Assembly (NCBI GenBank): GCA_035389185.1
Contig: DAOORK010000001.1
Coordinates: forward strand, 631,415-695,414
Direction: 5' to 3'
Length of the DNA stretch: 64,000 nt
DNA from: Candidatus Woesebacteria bacterium
GTDB lineage: Bacteria; Patescibacteriota; Microgenomatia; UBA1400; MFAQ01
Both the position numbers and the translations under genes were made by a program. Positions 58,680 to 64,000 of this stretch are shown piece after piece; position 1 is the stretch's first letter; the number at the start of each line of letters is the position of its first letter. A model generated the notes under the pieces. That model ran no database searches. It had not been told where the DNA came from and worked only from the letters and a program-made list of their open reading frames with translations.

Positions 58680-59900
58680 CTAGGGGTTGATTAGAGTTTT
58701 AATTGGTGTCCAAAGATCCTGAGATTCACCTTCATACCCCAGGGCCCAGATAGCGATGCCCCCAAGATTTGCTGACTTGACCAGTTTAATTTTTTGTTCG
58801 AGTGATTGAGAATTTTCAAAGTGGACTTGATAAGTGTCACCATCTTTTTCATAAACAAGATAAGGACTAAGGGTAGTGTCGGACCATTTTGCTGAAATGG
58901 AAGAAATATCTGCGTTTTGGAAGAGAGTAAGAATGCGTTGATATGAAGCTAGCCGACCTGTTCCAGAATAAGTGTTTGCAAGAAAATCAGATGAGGCGGT
59001 TTGCCATTCATAGCCATAGAAAGGAATACCAAGAATTATTTTTTCTGAAGGAATGATTTTACTTAGAGCAGAGATATGGGAGATGATGTCTTCTTCAAGA
59101 CAATTTTGGGTGATGATGGTTGAACATTTTCCAGAGATAGGAGCAATCGGACCAGCTTGAGTTGACGTTGTGCGGTAGTAGTCGTATGACATGACGATAA
59201 ATTTATCGACAAAAGGTTCAAGGGATTTGAGATCCCAGAGTCGAGGCTTTTCGGCGACGCTACCAAAGACATCAATATCAATTTGGCAGTAAGACTTAAC
59301 TGTTGTACAAGCAGAACGGAGATCTTTAATAAATTGAACATAGTTGGCTCTGATTTCAAAGTTTCCGGCACTAACGTATTCAAAGTCAATGTTGATATCG
59401 TCAAATTTATAGGAATTATAGACAGACATTATGGAGTTTATAGCTGTTGATCTTGTGTCTGAGTTTTGAAGAATACCTTCAATAGTATCCGGATCCATAG
59501 CGGTGATGGTGATGATGGTTTTTTGACCTAATAGACGAGATTGATAGAGAAGTTTGCTGGTATCTTTGGATTTAAGTTTGTTCCAACCCGGTTCTGTTTC
59601 GACTGAGTTAATTTTTTTGTTGATTGAGCCATCAGCATTTAAATCAATGGCAAAATAAGCAAAATGAGTGAGATTTTGGATATTAAGAGTGTCAGAATAT
59701 TTAAGATTCCAGTAGGGGAAAAAACCGTAGATAATTTTTTCAGAACGAACGGCAGGTGAGTTGCCGATAAGGGTTTCGATGAGTGAAACAGGACTGACAA
59801 GGGGAAGGTTGTTTTGCCAAATGATAAAGGCAGTAACAGAAGAAGCTAAAATAGCTAATCCGAGAAAAAATAAACCAAGTTTACGGGACATTTGGCGCAC
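58680..59900 (-). CDS. Glycoside hydrolase family 18 protein
   Basis: INIDFEY, MSYDY, LGIPFYGY and GIAIWALG motifs. Confidence 0.9.
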   Translation of the reverse strand: MRQMSRKLGLFFLGLAILASSVTAFIIWQNNLPLVSPVSLIETLIGNSPAVRSEKIIYGFFPYWNLKYSDTLNIQNLTHFAYFAIDLNADGSINKKINSVETEPGWNKLKSKDTSKLLYQSRLLGQKTIITITAMDPDTIEGILQNSDTRSTAINSIMSVYNSYKFDDINIDFEYVSAGNFEIRANYVQFIKDLRSACTTVKSYCQIDIDVFGSVAEKPRLWDLKSLEPFVDKFIVMSYDYYRTTSTQAGPIAPISGKCSTIITQNCLEEDIISHISALSKIIPSEKIILGIPFYGYEWQTASSDFLANTYSGTGRLASYQRILTLFQNADISSISAKWSDTTLSPYLVYEKDGDTYQVHFENSQSLEQKIKLVKSANLGGIAIWALGYEGESQDLWTPIKTLINP

Positions 59901-62253
59901 TGATTGTATTTAGATAGTTCTGGGGAGTAATGTATTTTGATTGGAATTGGCCATAATCTATGACTGTTTGCGGCCAAGAAATATTTCCCTTTTCGTCAAC
60001 TGGGTAGACACAGTCAAGACAAAAGTTTTGAGTAAAAGGATCAGATATAACTGTGTGTTCTTCGAAATCGCGATCAACTGTTTCATCGCCGGTAAGAATG
60101 GGGTATTTATCGGAACGACGTACCCAGATCTGCTGTCTTTGCGAAACAGCATTTTGGCTCAGGGGCAGTATCCCTTCAATGAAATATTCTGAGTGAGATT
60201 CACACTGGTTTTCTTGTTGGGCAAGAAGACCAGTTAGATTGCAGACTTGATAATTAGTTACCTTTTCCGGTTTGACTAATGGCTGGTTCTTGGTCCCCTT
60301 AAGAAGACGTTTCATAATCGTGTTCCAGATAGGTGAGGCGCCGGTAACACCGGAAGCGACATAACTCATGGAGGAGTTGTCGTTGTTGCCAACCCAGGTA
60401 ACTGCAAGGTATTCTTGGGTGTAGCCAATTGTCCAGTTATCTTTTAAGTCGTTTGTGGTACCGGTTTTAACAGAGACAGTGTGATTTGGGATTACCAGCT
60501 GACTATTGGTACCAAAAGCGGCACTACGAGCTCCGTTGTCGGAAAGAATATCGGAGATGATAAAAGTGACTTCTTCGGGTAGGGTGACACGCGGGTCAGT
60601 GTTTTTGATTTCAGTTTGAGGTGTGGATTGATTTGTCCAAAAATCGGTCCAGTTTTCAGGCATAACCGAGACCACATCAGCAATTTGCTGAGTATCTATT
60701 TCTTCGAGAACTTTGCCGGTATAGTCTTCAACTTTGAGGACGGAAATCAAGGGAACAGTTACTCCTGAGTTGGCAAAAGTGCCAAACGTCTTAGCCATGT
60801 CGAGCATAGTTACTTCACCGCCCCCCAAAGTGAGAGAGAGACCATAGTTGGCTGGATCTGTCCAGGTGGAGATACCCATTGCTGAGGCTGTAGCGATGAA
60901 AGAATCAAGACCATTAAGGGCGAGCTGTTTGACAGCAGGAATATTAAGTGAGTTGGCCAAAGCGAGGCGCATAGAAACCGGACCGCGGAAGCTATTGTCA
61001 TAATTTTTGGGACAGTATTGTTTTTGGCCTGCAACATTAAAACAGGTTGGGACATCGAGAAAGACTAAACTGGTTGGCCAGCCTTTAAGAAGGCCAACGG
61101 CATAGTTCACAGGCTTTATGGAACTTCCAGGTTGGCGGAAGGCTGTGGTAACGTTTACTTGACCATCAATAGTGTCGTCGAAATAGTCTTTGGAGCCAAT
61201 AAGAGCGATGATCTCTCCGGTATTTGGTTTGGTGACAACGGCAGCGCCATTGCTAATTTTGAGTCGAGAGATCTTTTTCATTTCGGCGGCGAGAGAGGCT
61301 TCAAAGTATTGCTGAAGTTCAAGATCTAGAGAAGTGGTGACACGGAGCCCACCGATATTTACTTTGTCTTCACCATATTTTTGAACAAGTTCGTCTCGAA
61401 CCATGAGGGCGAAGTGTGGGGCGTTAATAATGATGTTTTTAGTAGTAAAGTTTAGTTTTTCAGCCTTGGCAGTGTCTGCTTGTTCTTGAGTGATATATCC
61501 GTCTTCGACCATACGGCGCAAAACTTCATGTTGACGATTGATGGCTAGTTCGGGGTGAGCACCGAATGGGGAGTAGGTTGTTGGTGATTGTGGTAATCCA
61601 ACTAGTAGGGCGGACTCGGCGAGATTTAGATCTTTGGCACTTTTACCAAAGTATGTTTGAGACGCGGCTTCGATACCGTAGGCAGTTCCACCATAGGGGG
61701 TGTAGTTGAGATATAACTCCAAGATCTGATCTTTGGAGTAGGTTAGCTCGGTAACAAGGGCGAGAACTGCCTCTTTGATTTTGCGGGTAATAGTGCGATT
61801 GGTGTCCGAAAGGAGCGAATTTTTTACAAGCTGTTGAGTAATTGTCGAACCGCCAGCGAGTCTTTTGCCTTTCGTAAGAGTATTAAAGGCGGCTCGGATA
61901 ATGCCGGTGATGTCGACACCATGATGGTGATAAAAGTTTTTGTCTTCTATGGCGATGGTTCCTTGTTTGACAAAGTTAGGAATATCGGCAAAGACAATGG
62001 GAGTACGTTTGTAATCAGAGTAAACTTCGTAGAGGAGCTTTCCGTTGCGATCTAGAATCTGGGTACTGATAGGAGCTGGTGTTCTGGTGAGTTTGGAAGG
62101 ATTGGGGACTCCTTTGAAAAGGAAAATAGAGGTAACAAAGATAACAATAAAAGAGGCAACAATGATGGAGATGGTGCGAGAACGTTTGGTTCGAGTACAT
62201 TTACGATAACTTTTTTCGATGGATCGTAGAAGTTGTTTCCTCGTTAAAGTCAT
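59881..62253 (-). CDS. Class A penicillin-binding protein
   Basis: EDKNF, GGSTITQQL, RKIKE; SSIK, SLN and KTGT motifs. Confidence 0.95.
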   Translation of the reverse strand: MTLTRKQLLRSIEKSYRKCTRTKRSRTISIIVASFIVIFVTSIFLFKGVPNPSKLTRTPAPISTQILDRNGKLLYEVYSDYKRTPIVFADIPNFVKQGTIAIEDKNFYHHHGVDITGIIRAAFNTLTKGKRLAGGSTITQQLVKNSLLSDTNRTITRKIKEAVLALVTELTYSKDQILELYLNYTPYGGTAYGIEAASQTYFGKSAKDLNLAESALLVGLPQSPTTYSPFGAHPELAINRQHEVLRRMVEDGYITQEQADTAKAEKLNFTTKNIIINAPHFALMVRDELVQKYGEDKVNIGGLRVTTSLDLELQQYFEASLAAEMKKISRLKISNGAAVVTKPNTGEIIALIGSKDYFDDTIDGQVNVTTAFRQPGSSIKPVNYAVGLLKGWPTSLVFLDVPTCFNVAGQKQYCPKNYDNSFRGPVSMRLALANSLNIPAVKQLALNGLDSFIATASAMGISTWTDPANYGLSLTLGGGEVTMLDMAKTFGTFANSGVTVPLISVLKVEDYTGKVLEEIDTQQIADVVSVMPENWTDFWTNQSTPQTEIKNTDPRVTLPEEVTFIISDILSDNGARSAAFGTNSQLVIPNHTVSVKTGTTNDLKDNWTIGYTQEYLAVTWVGNNDNSSMSYVASGVTGASPIWNTIMKRLLKGTKNQPLVKPEKVTNYQVCNLTGLLAQQENQCESHSEYFIEGILPLSQNAVSQRQQIWVRRSDKYPILTGDETVDRDFEEHTVISDPFTQNFCLDCVYPVDEKGNISWPQTVIDYGQFQSKYITPQNYLNTISAPNVP

Positions 62254-62290
62254 AGTGACTACATTATATATGCTATGGTACGATGAAGGG

Positions 62291-62869
62291 GTGAAAAGAT
62301 TGTGGTTGTACTACTTGTATTTGATAGTGATTTGGGGAGCGTTTCGTTATTTTGTAGATCTGCCAGAGGTGATTGAAGAATTATGGTTTAAGCCGGTTTT
62401 GTGGTTAGTCCCTCTGTTTTGGTGGAATTTGGCTCTAAAAGAAAATGTAGAGATGTTTGGCAAAAAGTGGGGAAGGTCATTATTTTTGGGTTCGATAGTG
62501 TCGATTGCTTATTTTGTAGTTTTAAATCAAGGGAGTTGGAGTAGTTTTAGTGTGGATTGGAATGTAATAGGGGTAGTGTTGGTGACAGCGATGGTGGAAG
62601 AGATGACGTTTAGTGGTTTTGTGGCAGGTTATTTGGAGAGGGTACAAAAAGGGAGATGGATAAATTATCTTATTGTTGGTTTGATGGTAGCGGTAATTCG
62701 TTTGCCGATTTTAGTTTTTGTTCACGGAGCAACGAATAAGGAGATAATCGGGGTGATGTTGATCGCTTTTGCCAGCGGAGTGATTAATGCATGGATAAGA
62801 ATTAGGTCGGGGAATGTGGCAGGATCGATTTTGGCGAGACTGGGAATGAATCTGGCGGCATTGGGATAA
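62291..62869 (+). CDS. CPBP/CAAX (Abi) family membrane protease-like protein
   Basis: EE..F.G motif and TM segments; likely GTG start 6 nt after TACGAT. The usual His residues appear as Arg. Confidence 0.7.
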   Translation: MKRLWLYYLYLIVIWGAFRYFVDLPEVIEELWFKPVLWLVPLFWWNLALKENVEMFGKKWGRSLFLGSIVSIAYFVVLNQGSWSSFSVDWNVIGVVLVTAMVEEMTFSGFVAGYLERVQKGRWINYLIVGLMVAVIRLPILVFVHGATNKEIIGVMLIAFASGVINAWIRIRSGNVAGSILARLGMNLAALG

Positions 62870-62894
62870 GAAAAACCCCGCTTGAGGCGGGGTT
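62869..62894 (-). terminator. Intrinsic terminator (possibly bidirectional)
   Basis: On the - strand: AACCCCGC-CTCAA-GCGGGGTT-TTTCT. Confidence 0.75.
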
Positions 62895-62903
62895 GATTGA
62901 GAA

Positions 62904-63500
62904 TCATTTGGTTGGGGTGATTGAACTGAGGTATTTGGAGGTAGTTTCCTTGAGCCATTTATCAAGTTCGTCAGAGAGGGGATTTACAACTGTGAAAGTG
63001 TCTTGACCGTCGTGCATGGTGATCTTCGTGAAAGAAATCTTAATAACAGGGGTAAATGTGAAGTTACTATCTCGGCAAAACAGGATAGCTATTATGACGG
63101 GGCAGACCTCCTTTTGATCTGAAAGCTTGATACTGGAATAAAAGTGATTTCCAGCACAATGGATATCGTCAGGGGTGTTACCGTCACCAGTCACCTTTCC
63201 TTCTTCTGTCCACGAATTGATAGTCCTTAAGTCAGGAACAACACTCGCCAATTCTTGCCAACCAATTTCGTAATCGATACCACTTTTGTCTTTGGTTGTT
63301 AGTACTTTTGTTGCGGTAGTATGATCCCCAAGGTCGTGAAAGAAACGAGCAATAGTTTCGTAGACGCCACTATCATGCATGTAAACTATGGCCGATCCTA
63401 TGAGGGCCTTTGTCGTATCATTTTTTATCTTGGAGTCTTTTAGCTCATTATCAAGCTGACACTGCATTCCAGAAAGTGCATTTTTTAGCCAATCGGCCAT
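62904..63500 (-). CDS. Hypothetical protein
   Basis: 198 aa; AAGGAG SD, own promoter and terminator. Confidence 0.7.
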   Translation of the reverse strand: MADWLKNALSGMQCQLDNELKDSKIKNDTTKALIGSAIVYMHDSGVYETIARFFHDLGDHTTATKVLTTKDKSGIDYEIGWQELASVVPDLRTINSWTEEGKVTGDGNTPDDIHCAGNHFYSSIKLSDQKEVCPVIIAILFCRDSNFTFTPVIKISFTKITMHDGQDTFTVVNPLSDELDKWLKETTSKYLSSITPTK

Positions 63501-63546
63501 GGATTCTCCTTTTAAAGTACGAGATTGAGTAAGTTTTGTTGGGGAG

Positions 63547-63575
63547 AGTTTAACATTTGATTCCTATAATGTCAA
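63547..63575 (-). promoter_or_regulatory. Sigma70-type promoter
   Basis: TTGACA-N17-TAAACT with an extended TG. Confidence 0.7.
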
Positions 63576-63650
63576 AATAATGGGATTTGAAGAAGATTTT
63601 GCGGAGATTGAACGTGATGAGCGAGTCTGATCTATTAAGTGATAGTTGCA

Positions 63651-63698
63651 TTGCTAGGGGTAGTGTTACAAGATGATATCCAACACTAAATATTGTGT
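63651..63698 (+). promoter_or_regulatory. NrdR box(es)
   Basis: ACACTAAATATTGTGT at 63683-63698 fits the NrdR-box consensus; a weak second copy lies 32 bp upstream. Confidence 0.65.
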
Positions 63699-63704
63699 TT
63701 ATTT

Positions 63705-64000
63705 ATGAACTGTCCATACTGCAGTTATGAAGATACATCGGTTTTGGAAAGCCGCGGTTTGCCTGGTGAGGACGGGATCAGAAGAAGAAGAGAATGCAAA
63801 AAATGTGGCAAGAGATTTACAACACATGAGCGAGTAGTAAATATCGACCTGAAAGTAATAAAAAAGAATGGAAAAGTAGAACAATATGATAGAGAAAAGT
63901 TATTGAAAGGAATAAATAAAGCTTGTTACAAAAGAAAAGTTGATGAAACCGAGATTGAGAATCTGGTGGATGAGATAGAAACAAAGCTTTTAAACCGAAA
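63705..64000 (+). CDS. nrdR: Transcriptional repressor NrdR (partial, runs off the window)
   Basis: Hand translation: MNCPYC..TSVLESR....IRRRRECKKCGKRFTTHE, then ATP-cone VIKKNG..E.YDREKL. Confidence 0.95.
   Translation, partial: MNCPYCSYEDTSVLESRGLPGEDGIRRRRECKKCGKRFTTHERVVNIDLKVIKKNGKVEQYDREKLLKGINKACYKRKVDETEIENLVDEIETKLLNR

Noticed and set aside
21612-63884. Numerous 60-180 aa antisense/overlapping ORFs in the track
   Set aside because: They lie opposite or within well-supported genes and have the low-complexity composition expected of shadows.
1-64000. CRISPR array, rRNA, tRNA, IS transposase
   Set aside because: No regularly spaced repeats, cloverleafs, rRNA-like tracts or transposase motifs seen by eye.

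Overview
Bacterial window, probably from a small-genome Patescibacteria (CPR, Microgenomates-like) organism. That assignment is inferred from gene content and style, not verified. Two parts are visible. (1) About 1-21.2 kb is an accessory island. It holds two adjacent integrated elements (about 8.05 kb and 10.16 kb), each with a large serine recombinase (LSR) gene at its left end, and is probably continued by a third element to the left. Three homologous attachment-like junctions sit at about 2973, 11025 and 21187. The first two fall inside the 3' ends of the LSR genes, so each integration appears to rewrite a recombinase C-terminus. Cargo includes a rolling-circle-type Rep with a SpoVG-like protein, a type II-like R-M pair, a DUF3800 gene followed by a structured RNA-like element, a Dcm methylase with a GHKL ATPase carrying a HEPN-like RxxxxH motif, and an EcoRI-family methylase with a DUF262-HNH protein. 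(2) About 21.2-64 kb is housekeeping-type sequence. It includes CIRCE-controlled hsp20, degV, lactate permease, hemerythrin, kbl/bioF-like, uppP, patatin, Crp/Fnr, prmC, a beta-CASP nuclease, a full SUF operon with DsbA/CcdA-like/FNR-type genes, a pentose-phosphate cluster, two class A PBPs around a GH18, and a partial nrdR. Also seen: an ~180-nt highly structured intergenic element at 36.24-36.42 kb, and a pervasive leaderless promoter architecture. No CRISPR array, tRNA or rRNA was recognised. All product calls come from motif recognition by eye; no database search was run.
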